Under the pieces are notes generated by a model. It was not told the origin of the DNA. It made no database searches and saw only the letters and a program-made list of their open reading frames with translations. From positions 1 to 43,503 of the IMG/VR virus record IMGVR_UViG_3300032218_004264: DNA of 43,503 nt, one strand, 5' to 3'. The stretch is from a virus (lineage: Duplodnaviria > Caudoviricetes). Positions 15,362-24,641 of the stretch are shown piece by piece (the first letter of the stretch is position 1; every line of letters begins with the position of its first letter). Position numbers and translations under genes: made by a program.

Positions 15362-17431
15362 CTAGTTGTTAGCAGAGTCAACCCCGGCGTTGGCTGCTGC
15401 TCGAGCCTCTTTACCGATGCGACGCCACTCCGCCCGGGACGGCTGGGGCGGCAGCCGCAGCGCACTCCGGTTCAGCACGACATACTCGGGGTTGTCTCCC
15501 TCGACGAGAATGGCGTCGTACCCCAGCAACGCTGCGACTCGCCCGTAATCATCGAACAACTTCGTGGGATCAACCAGATCGGATGCTGGTACATCTGGTT
15601 CTCGCACTGATCTGAACTGCTCTCGCCGCTCCTGCATGAGCGTCAGTCTGGGTGCGTGTTGCGCTCGCAACCGCTCGGCTTCCGCTCGCACCTGTTCCAA
15701 CGTGATGACTCGTGCGTTTGGATCAAGGTAGAACTTCGTCCAGTGCTTCCCCGGATTTGGATGTGAGTCCAACTCGACCGTCGTGTAGTCGCCGACGACA
15801 TCCGCATCAGGAGCGACGTAAATCCCCGCCCCGTGAACCCCAGTCCCGGGCCAGTAGTACCCCTCCCGAAGGTCGCGCACGTGTTCGACCTCGTCGAGCG
15901 CCCGGTACACCACCGGGGCTCGGGCCTCCTCGAGCGCTGCGACCTCGGCTTTGGTGACGGGAACCGGCGGCGCATCGAATCCTTGCATGTGGACGATGGC
16001 GCGAAGTGCTTCGTCGGGTTGCCCGAAGAACGCTTCGTTGGCGGTGAGATCTGGGTTGATGAGATCAACGAACGCAAGACCGTTCTTGAGGATTAGTTCA
16101 TCGACTTGTTCTGGAGTGGCGAACTCGGGGATGTGGGTAGCCCCGGGGGAGATGCCCAGTCGCGCCGTTCGTTCGGCGAGCCGTGGACCGTGTGCGATGC
16201 GACCGAGTTCTCGCCACTCGAGGTCGGAAGGTTGCGGCGGAAGTCGCAGGGCGGTGCGGTTGATGACGACAACTTCGTTTCCTCGAGCGAGACCGCGCTT
16301 GAGTCGAGTTGGTGCTGACGGGTCGTGTTGTACGTCGATGGCGTCGTACCCGAGTAGTGCAGCAAGTCGCCCGTAGTTGTTGATCATCTGGGACGCAACA
16401 AGATACTTGCGAAACTCGGCTTGCTCCTCGGGGGTGCGGGGCTTCCGGTCGGCGTACTTCGCTTTGATCGCAGCAAGTTCTGGAACGCCATCAATCAACT
16501 CTGCACTAAGTTGTCGTTGCAACGCTCGCAGTTCACTGACCTCAATCACTCGAGCGTTCGGGTCAAGATAAAACATCGTGTAGTTCTTCCCAATGTCTTT
16601 ACCTGTTGGAATTTTCACTACGCTGAAGTCTTGGATCCAGTCCACATCAGGACTCGTGTAAATACCCGAACCCCACATCCCCGTGCCCGCTCGATGTTGC
16701 CCCGTGCGGAGCGCCTCGACGAACGCCGGGTCATCGATCACTCGGAAGATCCGCTCAGCCCCGGCGGCGTCGAGCGCCCGAGCCTGCTCGCTCGTGATGG
16801 GTACCGGCAGTCCGTCGAAGCCGCCCTGAATCTGGGCGAGGCGCTCGGCGACTTTGTCGCCTTCTCCCTTTAGAAACGTGTTCGGACCATCCATCGCAGC
16901 AATGTTCTGCTCGAGTCCCACGAGTTCTGCCCAATGCTGACGAAGGATCTCGAGCGCTCCGTCCTCGCCGGAGAACGCTGCGGTCACCTTCTTCCTCGAG
17001 GAAGTGGACTCGGTGATCTTCGGGATCTTCCCGGGGCTCGGCGGCTTCGGCGGATCGTGCCGGTCAATGATGCTGGCGTGGCCCAGATCGCTGAGACCGG
17101 GTCGTTTCGAACCAATCGATGGGCTGCGACGTCCGAGGGACGAGTGGCCGAGGCGCTCCAGCGCAGTCCGACTTGTCGTGGAAGGAGGTTCCGGCGAGGC
17201 GTGCTTCGGCGTGTAGTTGACGTCTTTGCCGTGTTTGTCGACGTAACGCAGGTTCTTGGGGCGAAATGCGCTCGTGTGGCCTCGAGCGATCTCTCGACCG
17301 AGTTCGTCGAGGATGCGAGTAGCAACGGGCCGCTCCCACGCAGTCCCGTCTTGAACGATGCCGTCGCCATCGCCGTCCTTGGCGTCGGGGTCATACGCTT
17401 CGATGCGTAGAGGGACTCGGGGAATGGTCAC
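15362..17431 (-). CDS. large protein with DxDGDG N-terminal motif and two tandem ADP-ribosyltransferase-like domains
   Basis: internal duplication (I/V)(F/Y)R...GTGxxGxGIY...YGRxAALLGYDAI...ExVVxNRxALRLPPQPS; R-G-Y-E pattern suggests an ART fold. Confidence 0.7.
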   Translation of the reverse strand: MTIPRVPLRIEAYDPDAKDGDGDGIVQDGTAWERPVATRILDELGREIARGHTSAFRPKNLRYVDKHGKDVNYTPKHASPEPPSTTSRTALERLGHSSLGRRSPSIGSKRPGLSDLGHASIIDRHDPPKPPSPGKIPKITESTSSRKKVTAAFSGEDGALEILRQHWAELVGLEQNIAAMDGPNTFLKGEGDKVAERLAQIQGGFDGLPVPITSEQARALDAAGAERIFRVIDDPAFVEALRTGQHRAGTGMWGSGIYTSPDVDWIQDFSVVKIPTGKDIGKNYTMFYLDPNARVIEVSELRALQRQLSAELIDGVPELAAIKAKYADRKPRTPEEQAEFRKYLVASQMINNYGRLAALLGYDAIDVQHDPSAPTRLKRGLARGNEVVVINRTALRLPPQPSDLEWRELGRIAHGPRLAERTARLGISPGATHIPEFATPEQVDELILKNGLAFVDLINPDLTANEAFFGQPDEALRAIVHMQGFDAPPVPVTKAEVAALEEARAPVVYRALDEVEHVRDLREGYYWPGTGVHGAGIYVAPDADVVGDYTTVELDSHPNPGKHWTKFYLDPNARVITLEQVRAEAERLRAQHAPRLTLMQERREQFRSVREPDVPASDLVDPTKLFDDYGRVAALLGYDAILVEGDNPEYVVLNRSALRLPPQPSRAEWRRIGKEARAAANAGVDSANN

Positions 17432-17462
17432 CGGAACAGGTTACTGTTTGTTCTGCGTATTG

Positions 17463-17545
17463 GCGGGTGTGGCGGAATGGCAGACGCGACGGTCTCAAAC
17501 ACCGTTGGCCGGAAGGTCGTGAGGGTTCGACTCCCTCCGCCCGCA
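17463..17545 (+). tRNA. tRNA-Leu(CAA)
   Basis: GCGGGTG/CGCCCGC acceptor stem, ACGGT-CTCAAAC-ACCGT arm, long variable arm, GGTTCGACTCC. Confidence 0.93.
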
Positions 17546-17564
17546 CAAAGAATCAACGAAAGAC

Positions 17565-17593
17565 TTGACTCAACCGGATCACGCTGCTAACAT
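17565..17593 (+). promoter_or_regulatory. SigA-type promoter TTGACT-17-TAACAT (no motif)
   Basis: canonical spacing, TGn extended -10. Confidence 0.75.
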
Positions 17594-17626
17594 CACATCA
17601 TCTACTAGCAACCAAAGGACATCCTC

Positions 17627-18808
17627 GTGCCCAAGACTCGTTGGAAGTACGACGACGGACCCGTGGACTTGCGGACTGCCGCACCCCGATGGACCGAAGC
17701 CGTCGAGACCCTCACCACTCAGATCGACACCCTCCGCACGAACGCCCACATGGCAAACGGGTACACCAAGTTCGCCATGTCGGTCCTCCGCTCCAAGATC
17801 AACCACAGCCTCGCCCCCGAGGCCCCGCTGCTCTCCGTCGAAGACGCCGCCGACGCCGCTCGCATGCTGGTCTTCGAGGCGTACGCCCGGGGCCACGCCG
17901 AGGCTCCAGAGGTCCGAGAGATGCGCGGCCTCCTCGAGTTCACCGACGACGTCTTCGAGACCCTCAACGACGCCGCCCCCGTGTACATCACCGAGGAGAT
18001 GATGCGGCTCGCCGACATCGCCGTGGACTCTCTCCCCTACGACGTCAACCTGACGCCGCAGTCCCTCCTCGAACCCAACATGTGGCTCTACTTCGAGAAG
18101 GGCATCCCCATCACCACGCAGGCCGGTGACTCACAAGTCCTCAAAGCGGTGATCGTGCGCTCCGCCGCCCACATCGACGACACCGTGCCCGGTTTCGACT
18201 TCGTGTATATGAGCGACTTGCTCGACGAGCGCGACACGACGGGCGACGGGGCTGCGTGGCCGAAGAACATCAGTCTTGGTCAGCGTCTGTTCCCGAGTCA
18301 CGTGACCGGCCTGAAGTTCGGTGATCAACCCCATTGGCGGCAGCCCGAGGAGTTGGACATCCCGGATGAAGTCATCGAACGGGTCGTTTCCACGGCCACC
18401 GCACGAGATGATTTCGAAGTGGCGCTGGACAGCAAGACCGTGTGGAAGTCAGCCCTTGACGCCATTCGGACCGAGCGATTCATCGTCACCATCCTCCTGA
18501 TGCTCACCCAGAAGGAGGTTCGAGTGGTCGAGGGACAGAGCCGATCGGTGCTGCGACGGTTCGCTCGGGCACGGAAGCAGCCGCTCGATGCCTCCCGGAG
18601 GCCCCGCATCGTGGTGCTCCGTCGCCGAGAGTACGTCGGTACTGGCGACGACGGTGACGAAGCGCTCGAGCGGTCGCACAGGTGGTGGCGACGAGGGCAT
18701 TGGCGTCAGTTCAAGCCGGGGAAGTGGACGTATGTGACCGGCCATGCGTGCGGCCCGGACGACAAGCCGTTCCTCCCGAAGAACAACGCGTACACGTGGG
18801 AGCGCTGA
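17627..18808 (+). CDS. hypothetical phage protein with C-terminal RGHWR motif
   Basis: 393-aa ORF, AAAGGA SD; HRWWRRGHWR...GP..KP tail seen in phage proteins of unknown function. Confidence 0.8.
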   Translation: MPKTRWKYDDGPVDLRTAAPRWTEAVETLTTQIDTLRTNAHMANGYTKFAMSVLRSKINHSLAPEAPLLSVEDAADAARMLVFEAYARGHAEAPEVREMRGLLEFTDDVFETLNDAAPVYITEEMMRLADIAVDSLPYDVNLTPQSLLEPNMWLYFEKGIPITTQAGDSQVLKAVIVRSAAHIDDTVPGFDFVYMSDLLDERDTTGDGAAWPKNISLGQRLFPSHVTGLKFGDQPHWRQPEELDIPDEVIERVVSTATARDDFEVALDSKTVWKSALDAIRTERFIVTILLMLTQKEVRVVEGQSRSVLRRFARARKQPLDASRRPRIVVLRRREYVGTGDDGDEALERSHRWWRRGHWRQFKPGKWTYVTGHACGPDDKPFLPKNNAYTWER

Positions 18809-18890
18809 TGTCGGATGGCGGGGCTCGGGGGCGGTCTGCTCTCGAGTCTCGCTGTTCTCGCCCCTCCTCGAAAGATTTATCGAGATCGGC

Positions 18891-18919
18891 TTGACACCTC
18901 ACCTCACTTCGGTTAGAGT
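18891..18919 (+). promoter_or_regulatory. SigA-type promoter TTGACA-17-TAGAGT
   Basis: canonical spacing. Confidence 0.75.
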
Positions 18920-18969
18920 AAACCGAGTAACCTACATGTCGTACTGAATCAACAAGGAGAACCACCCCC

Positions 18970-19968
18970 ATGAGCGACAACCTCGAACGCTACGAAGGCA
19001 AGACATCCTTCGCCTACAACAAGAACGCAGGCATCCCGTGGCACCAGACGGGCCAGTCCATGTCGGGCTTCCAGACCGTCGACACCATGCTCACCGCAGC
19101 ACACGCCGACTACGACGTCGAAGTCGTGCCCCTCTACGTCCAAGCCCCGGACGGCACGTTCGTCGAGTTGGAGTCCAAGAAGGCCACCGCCCGCACGAAC
19201 CCCCACACCGGGGCGTACCAGCCGCTCGCCAGCGTCGGCAACCGCTACGTCCCCGTCCAGAACCGAGAGGTCCTCGAGCGCGCCCTCACCGTCGTCGGCG
19301 CATCGAAGGGCGACGCCATCATCGACACCCTCGGGGTCCTCGACGAAGGCCGTCGCTTCTTCGCCGCCATCGACTTGGGCACCCTCGTCATCGACCCGAT
19401 GGGTGCAGCAGACCGGATCGCCCGGTACTTGCTCGTCTACTCGTCGCACGACGGCACCGTGCCGATCACGTACTCCAACACCGACGTGCGAGCGGTCTGC
19501 CAGAACACGGTCCGCATGGCGCTCGCCGCTGCGCAGTCCACGTTCAAGGCCAAGCACACCCACGGCTTCTCGATCCGCATCGAGGAAGCACAGGAAGTCC
19601 TCCGCCTCTCGACCGAGTGGGCCACCGAGTTCAAGAACGCCGCCGAGCAGATGATGCTCATCCCGATGACCCCGGGGCGCCTCGACCGGGTCATCGACGG
19701 AGCGTTCCCCGAAGCGAAGGCCGTCACCGACCGACAGATTGCCAACCGCATGGAGATCGTCGACACCATCAAGACGATTTACGCCGGACCGAAGAACGCC
19801 GGGATCGTCGGCACCAACGGATGGGCCGCATGGAATGCCGTGGTCGAGTACTTGGACCACCACCGTGACGGCACCCCCGAGGAGCGGGCACTCACGAGCA
19901 TGGACGAGACGTCGTGGGTGACGAAGCGCAAGTTGGCAGCCCAGCAGGCTGTCCTCAGCCTGCGCTGA
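18970..19968 (+). CDS. DUF932 (TIGR03299-like) phage/plasmid protein
   Basis: PWH, VGNRYVPVQN, SHDGT, VRAVCQNT, KHT, WAAWNAVVEYLDH motifs. Confidence 0.92.
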   Translation: MSDNLERYEGKTSFAYNKNAGIPWHQTGQSMSGFQTVDTMLTAAHADYDVEVVPLYVQAPDGTFVELESKKATARTNPHTGAYQPLASVGNRYVPVQNREVLERALTVVGASKGDAIIDTLGVLDEGRRFFAAIDLGTLVIDPMGAADRIARYLLVYSSHDGTVPITYSNTDVRAVCQNTVRMALAAAQSTFKAKHTHGFSIRIEEAQEVLRLSTEWATEFKNAAEQMMLIPMTPGRLDRVIDGAFPEAKAVTDRQIANRMEIVDTIKTIYAGPKNAGIVGTNGWAAWNAVVEYLDHHRDGTPEERALTSMDETSWVTKRKLAAQQAVLSLR

Positions 19969-20282
19969 TGCCGCACATCGAGGTGTGGGTCCGCAACGAC
20001 TTACACCGCATGCCCGGACGGGAGCCCCGCTACGAGCGCCGGGCCGAGTGGAACGACCCTCGGCCCGGCGGCTCGCTCGAGATCGCCGAACGCACATGGA
20101 AGTTCCTTGCTTACGGAGAGTCCGTCCTCGCCCCCGAGGATCGCGAGTTCCGCCAGCAATGGGAAGCCGTGCGGCACGGGTTTGGTTTCGGGGTGGGTGA
20201 CGTACTCGTCGTGGACGGGGTCGCTCTCCGCTGCGACGCCGCCGGGTTCACCATCGTTGACCGACGGTCGCTCTTGCCGTAG
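19968..20282 (+). CDS. hypothetical protein
   Basis: TGATG coupling; ...VGDVLVVDG...C...GF tail. Confidence 0.7.
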   Translation: MPHIEVWVRNDLHRMPGREPRYERRAEWNDPRPGGSLEIAERTWKFLAYGESVLAPEDREFRQQWEAVRHGFGFGVGDVLVVDGVALRCDAAGFTIVDRRSLLP

Positions 20283-20301
20283 TAGGAGTAGCCGTCGTCA
20301 C

Positions 20302-20374
20302 GCGCCCATAACTCAACTGGCAGAGTAGGAGACTTTTAATCTCAAGGTTGCAGGTTCGAATCCTGCTGGGCGCA
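20302..20374 (+). tRNA. tRNA-Lys(TTT)
   Basis: GCGCCCA/TGGGCGC stem, GAGA-CTTTTAA-TCTC arm, GGTTCGAATCC. Confidence 0.93.
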
Positions 20375-20391
20375 CTACCTGTTGTCGAGTA

Positions 20392-20727
20392 TCAGGACCA
20401 GATGTCCTCGAGCGGTTCGTCGGCGACGTACCGCAGCCACACGTAGAAGTGGTCGGGGTTCTGGTCCTCGGGGTCCCGGCCCCACGCCGCTTCCCAGCGA
20501 TCGGTGGGCAGGAGCCCCCGGATCCGGGACTTCCGCAGGTCCCTCGTGTGGGAGTTGCGGATGTCGCTGGCGACCTGCGAGGCCGTGGACTTCTTCATCG
20601 GTTCGATCATGCGACGCCACTCGCCGGGGAAGGAGCGACACTCGCTGAACAGGGCTGCCCATCGGCTGCGCTTCTGTGTGGTGGGTGTTCGTGCGGGTGG
20701 CTTGGATGCCACGGTGTAGTTGTTCAT
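20392..20727 (-). CDS. hypothetical protein
   Basis: GAGGA SD; promoter TTGACG-17-TACGCT at 20782-20810. Confidence 0.75.
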   Translation of the reverse strand: MNNYTVASKPPARTPTTQKRSRWAALFSECRSFPGEWRRMIEPMKKSTASQVASDIRNSHTRDLRKSRIRGLLPTDRWEAAWGRDPEDQNPDHFYVWLRYVADEPLEDIWS

Positions 20728-20881
20728 GGGGTCCTCGCTCTTGGGGGATGTGATGCTCACGATGCTTGTGTGAGCATTCGTAGCGTAAGCCGAGACCAAC
20801 CATACGTCAAGTCGTTCCTGTACTTTGTGACGTTATCCCTGTATGTAGTGACGTCGCCGCACTATCCGAACGCCAGCAGGA

Positions 20882-21127
20882 TCAGTCCGCTTCGGGCGTC
20901 AACTTCACCATCATCGACCCGTCGCCATCCACCGAGACCACCTCGAGACCAAGGACATCGAGCAACTCGAGGACGATCTCGTCAACGAACGTCTGGGCGT
21001 CCTCGAGGTCCCGCCCCTCGAGCGGCACCCCCTCCTCATCGGTCTCGGCGAACATCTCCGAGAACAGCGACTGCATCGACCGCATGATCTTCAGGCGGGC
21101 ATCGGCGGGGCTCGGCGGCTGCGACAT
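20882..21127 (-). CDS. acidic hypothetical protein
   Basis: GGAGGA SD before ATG at 21127. Confidence 0.7.
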   Translation of the reverse strand: MSQPPSPADARLKIMRSMQSLFSEMFAETDEEGVPLEGRDLEDAQTFVDEIVLELLDVLGLEVVSVDGDGSMMVKLTPEAD

Positions 21128-21254
21128 AGTTCCTCCACGGGTAGCGATCGACACTTGCGGTCGTTCGAGACTCGTAGTATGGTTCATCGAGTTAGCGAAC
21201 ACCAGCGATCTACTGCTACTTCATTCACCCCCTCCACCGAAAGGCACTCCGCCC

Positions 21255-21734
21255 ATGAATGGGATTCAGGTCACCGTCGTCGGGAACCTCACTCGCGACC
21301 CCGAGGTCCAGACCGTCGGCTCCGGCGCCACCCTCGCCAAGTTCACCATCGCCTCTGAGCGGTCGTGGAAGAACGAGAACACGGGCGAGTGGGACAAGGC
21401 CGTCTCCTACGTGGACGTCGTCTCGTGGCGGTACGCCGCCGAGGACGTTGAGCGCCTCCTCGAGAAGGGCGTCCGGGTCGTGGTGACGGGGCGCTTCGAT
21501 CAGGTCTCGTGGGAAGACAAGGACACCGGCAAGACCCGCACCCGCTTCGAGTTGACCGCCGACGAGATCGGCATCGCTGCTCGCAGCATCGAGTCGTTCG
21601 AGCGTCGCCGTCGAGGGGACGACACGAACACGGGTGGTGCCCGCCAGCCCGCACGAGCCGGTGCCCGCTCCGCCCCGGCGGCAGCCCGCCCGGCCGCTCG
21701 GCCCGCCCAGAACGGCGAGGACATCTGGGGGTAG
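21255..21734 (+). CDS. ssb: single-stranded DNA-binding protein
   Basis: VTVVGNLTRDPE...LEKGVRVVVTGR...WEDKDTG; actinobacterial-type OB fold. Confidence 0.95.
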   Translation: MNGIQVTVVGNLTRDPEVQTVGSGATLAKFTIASERSWKNENTGEWDKAVSYVDVVSWRYAAEDVERLLEKGVRVVVTGRFDQVSWEDKDTGKTRTRFELTADEIGIAARSIESFERRRRGDDTNTGGARQPARAGARSAPAAARPAARPAQNGEDIWG

Positions 21735-21832
21735 TCCTCGTCCGAGAGCGGGAGGGGGGCTTCGTCGGGTCTCCCTTGTGTGGGCCTCCCTCCTGCTCCA
21801 CCCCCATCTGCTGCGGAGAGATCGGAACTTCG

Positions 21833-22249
21833 ATGAGCAACACGCCTCACAACCCGCTTCGAGACGCCGTCCCTGAAGAAGTCGCCCGTTGGTTGGATGC
21901 GTGGAGCGTCTCGACGAACAATGAAGTGGGTCGTCCGGGTTTCGATGATCTTCGGCAGGCGTGGGTCGGCCGAGCCCCGCTCGCCGAGACCCTCGAGATG
22001 CTCGGGCCGTGGCTCGAGGAACGGGAAGAACTTCAGCGAGATGCCGAGGCCGTGTACCGCCGGTTGCTTGAGGAACAGCCGCTGCCCACCTATGAAGGGC
22101 AGTCGTCCTCGGACCCGGTCGTTCCGGAGTGGTTCTTCACCTCGTGGAGCGAAGTGCTGCTGACCCGCCCGTGGGACGAGCAACTTCCCGACGCCATCTT
22201 CTCGGCGAAGTCCTACCTCGACGGTCAGTCTGATCAAGCCGATGCGTGA
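21833..22249 (+). CDS. hypothetical protein
   Basis: acidic ORF in operon position after ssb. Confidence 0.55.
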   Translation: MSNTPHNPLRDAVPEEVARWLDAWSVSTNNEVGRPGFDDLRQAWVGRAPLAETLEMLGPWLEEREELQRDAEAVYRRLLEEQPLPTYEGQSSSDPVVPEWFFTSWSEVLLTRPWDEQLPDAIFSAKSYLDGQSDQADA

Positions 22250-22280
22250 ACTGCGCTGTCCCCTCTTGTGGGGGCGGTGA

Positions 22281-22655
22281 GTGGGACCACGCTCGGCTCC
22301 TCGCCGTCGGGTGGTTGAGGTCTGGAAGACCGGCGACTACGGCACGACGATCTGGCATCACCGGCTCGACTGCGGGCACATCGAACAGCGGAAGCGGCGT
22401 CGCCCTTCTGACGAGATCGGGTGCGTGCGCTGCGAGGCGGGGGATCGGTTCGAGCGAAGGGCGGGGGCCCCGCTGGCGACGGTCCTCGAGCCGGAGCCGA
22501 ACCTTGACGAGGAGGTCGCTGTGCTGCGGGCACGGTTGGCTGCTGGTCTCGGGGTGAGCAGCGACTCGGTGTCGGTCCAGATGGTGGGCGGCCGGTTGGC
22601 TGGGGTCCTCGTGGTGTTGGATCTCGAGCAGGTTCGGGAAATTATTCAGCGCTAG
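22281..22655 (+). CDS. Zn-ribbon hypothetical protein
   Basis: LDCGH...CVRC motif. Confidence 0.6.
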   Translation: MGPRSAPRRRVVEVWKTGDYGTTIWHHRLDCGHIEQRKRRRPSDEIGCVRCEAGDRFERRAGAPLATVLEPEPNLDEEVAVLRARLAAGLGVSSDSVSVQMVGGRLAGVLVVLDLEQVREIIQR

Positions 22656-22658
22656 GAC

Positions 22659-22687
22659 TTGACGAGCCATACTAGGCGTGTTATTGT
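22659..22687 (+). promoter_or_regulatory. SigA-type promoter TTGACG-17-TATTGT
   Basis: canonical spacing, TG extension. Confidence 0.7.
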
Positions 22688-22728
22688 GTCTTCATCACGA
22701 GAACGAGCACTACTAGCGTGGAGACCAA

Positions 22729-23058
22729 GTGCCCAGCCAAAAAGCCTGTAACCACCCCATCAAACAACGAACCAAGGTGTCGCACGGGATCTACCTGTGC
22801 GAGAAGTGCGGGGAGAACCTCAACCCCGATCGCCGAGCCGAGTACCGGCTGTCCGAACGAGTCACTATCACATCGGGCGACCTGATCAAGGTCAAAGGCA
22901 TCCGGGGCTTGGGCGTCTTCCTTTACGCCGAGGTCGACACGCCATCCGGCATCGACAACATCCACTTCGCCGAAACGGACGCAGGCCGCTGGTCTCGCAC
23001 CCGAACGGTGTACCCCGACCGAGTGCGTCGTGCCCCCAAGCGGAGCACGGCTCGCTAA
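22729..23058 (+). CDS. Zn-ribbon plus SH3-like hypothetical protein
   Basis: CNH...CEKC then GDLIKVKG; GGAG SD. Confidence 0.65.
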   Translation: MPSQKACNHPIKQRTKVSHGIYLCEKCGENLNPDRRAEYRLSERVTITSGDLIKVKGIRGLGVFLYAEVDTPSGIDNIHFAETDAGRWSRTRTVYPDRVRRAPKRSTAR

Positions 23059-23081
23059 CCCCGACCAAAGGAACGCACGCA

Positions 23082-23834
23082 ATGCCTCGCAACGCCGACA
23101 TCGTCAAGGCCTACAAGAAAGGCGCTTCCCTCCGGGAGATCGGCGAGACCCACGGCCTCACCGCCGAGCGGGTCCGGCAGATCCTCCTCAAGGAAGGCGT
23201 CGAGCGCAGGGGCCCCGGCTCTCTCACCACCAGCGACTACGAGGCGTTCGTCGCTCGCCACGGGCAGCAGGTCAACCGGCACTTCGACCGCACCAAGTCG
23301 ATCCGCCAGACCGTCGCCCACTTCGAAGGCGAGTACCCCAAGTCGTGGATCCAGCGTCTTCTCGCTGATCGAGCATCCGAGCAGCGACTTGACTTGCGCA
23401 CCCCCCGTCCGGTAATGTACAATGACGAAGCGTTGCTGGACGCCCTCCGCTCCAAGGCCACCGACGGTGTCCTCTCGGCGAAGGCCTACCAAGACCAGCG
23501 CACCCCCACCGACCCGTCGATGACCACCATCATCCTCCGGTTCGGTTCGTGGTCCACCGCCATCAAGCAGGCAGGACTGCGGGGCGGCAAGCGACACTCC
23601 GCCCCCACCCGCAAGTGGACCCACGAGCAGATGCTCGACGCCATCAGGGCATACGTCGCCGAGTGCGAGCGCACCGGCACCACCCCGACGGTCCTCGGAT
23701 ACGGCCACTGGCGACAGGCGCACCCCAACAGCCCGTCGTTCCCCACGATCCGCATCCACACCAACCAGCGATGGTTGTCCCTGATCGAGGCCACCCGGTC
23801 TCGACCGACTACTAGCGAAAGGTCATCCCGATGA
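23082..23834 (+). CDS. sigma-region-4-like HTH protein with homing-endonuclease-associated repeats
   Basis: SLREIGETHGLTAERVRQI; YNDEALLDALR...PS..TI..RFGSW..AI..AGL plus a second repeat. Confidence 0.8.
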   Translation: MPRNADIVKAYKKGASLREIGETHGLTAERVRQILLKEGVERRGPGSLTTSDYEAFVARHGQQVNRHFDRTKSIRQTVAHFEGEYPKSWIQRLLADRASEQRLDLRTPRPVMYNDEALLDALRSKATDGVLSAKAYQDQRTPTDPSMTTIILRFGSWSTAIKQAGLRGGKRHSAPTRKWTHEQMLDAIRAYVAECERTGTTPTVLGYGHWRQAHPNSPSFPTIRIHTNQRWLSLIEATRSRPTTSERSSR

Positions 23835-24331
23835 CGAACCCCGACATCCTCATCACCAACATCGTCGAGGCACGGCTCCTGTCCCCCTCGTTCGACCACA
23901 TCATCACCGCCGGACCCGAGTACCGGGAGGTGAAGAACATGGACCACCCCAGCCACTTGGTGGTTCCGTTCCACGACACGCTCCGCCTCGACTGGGAGGG
24001 CGCCACCGAGAGCGACGTCGCCGCCATCCTCGACTGGGCGGCCGACAAGCGAGACGACTCGATCCTCATCCACTGCCACGCCGGGATGAGCCGATCGACG
24101 TCCAGCACCATCGGCATCCTCGCCTCGTGGGGCTACTCGGAGGACGACGCTTGGCGGATCGCCCGCCAGCAACGTCCGTCAGCGGCCATCGCCAACCGAC
24201 GTGACTTCATTCCGAACCCGCTGATCCTCTCCCACGTGGACAGCCTGCTCGGAACGTCGTTCCTCGTCCGCGACGACCGTCACTACCAGATGCTCGACTC
24301 CGGGTACTTCCCGGCAACGTGGGGCGAGTGA
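23831..24331 (+). CDS. predicted protein-tyrosine/dual-specificity phosphatase
   Basis: ILIHCHAGMSRS (CX5R P-loop), upstream FHD, downstream PN. Confidence 0.88.
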   Translation: MTNPDILITNIVEARLLSPSFDHIITAGPEYREVKNMDHPSHLVVPFHDTLRLDWEGATESDVAAILDWAADKRDDSILIHCHAGMSRSTSSTIGILASWGYSEDDAWRIARQQRPSAAIANRRDFIPNPLILSHVDSLLGTSFLVRDDRHYQMLDSGYFPATWGE

Positions 24332-24404
24332 TCCACCCATCCACCAGCGACACCCGGGGGTCCCGTCGGGCCCCCGGGTTGTCAGGTCTCCAAGGAGGAC
24401 CAGC

Positions 24405-24641
24405 GTGACCAACGGCTACACCCCCGACGCTCGAGACCGGGATGCCGACGGCATCATCCAACCGGACGACCGCTCCCTCCACACCGACTGGCGAAGCCTC
24501 TACCTCGCCGAGAAGCAGCGATCCACCGCCCTCGCCGACCTCCTCAAGCGACGCCACGCCCTCGACCCCCTCGAGGTCGCCGCCGTCCTCGACGAACTCT
24601 CCATCCGTCCGCACAACACGACCGAAGGTCCCACCCGATGA
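24405..24641 (+). CDS. hypothetical protein with YxPDAxDxDxDG motif
   Basis: AAGGAGG SD, GTG start. Confidence 0.7.
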   Translation: MTNGYTPDARDRDADGIIQPDDRSLHTDWRSLYLAEKQRSTALADLLKRRHALDPLEVAAVLDELSIRPHNTTEGPTR

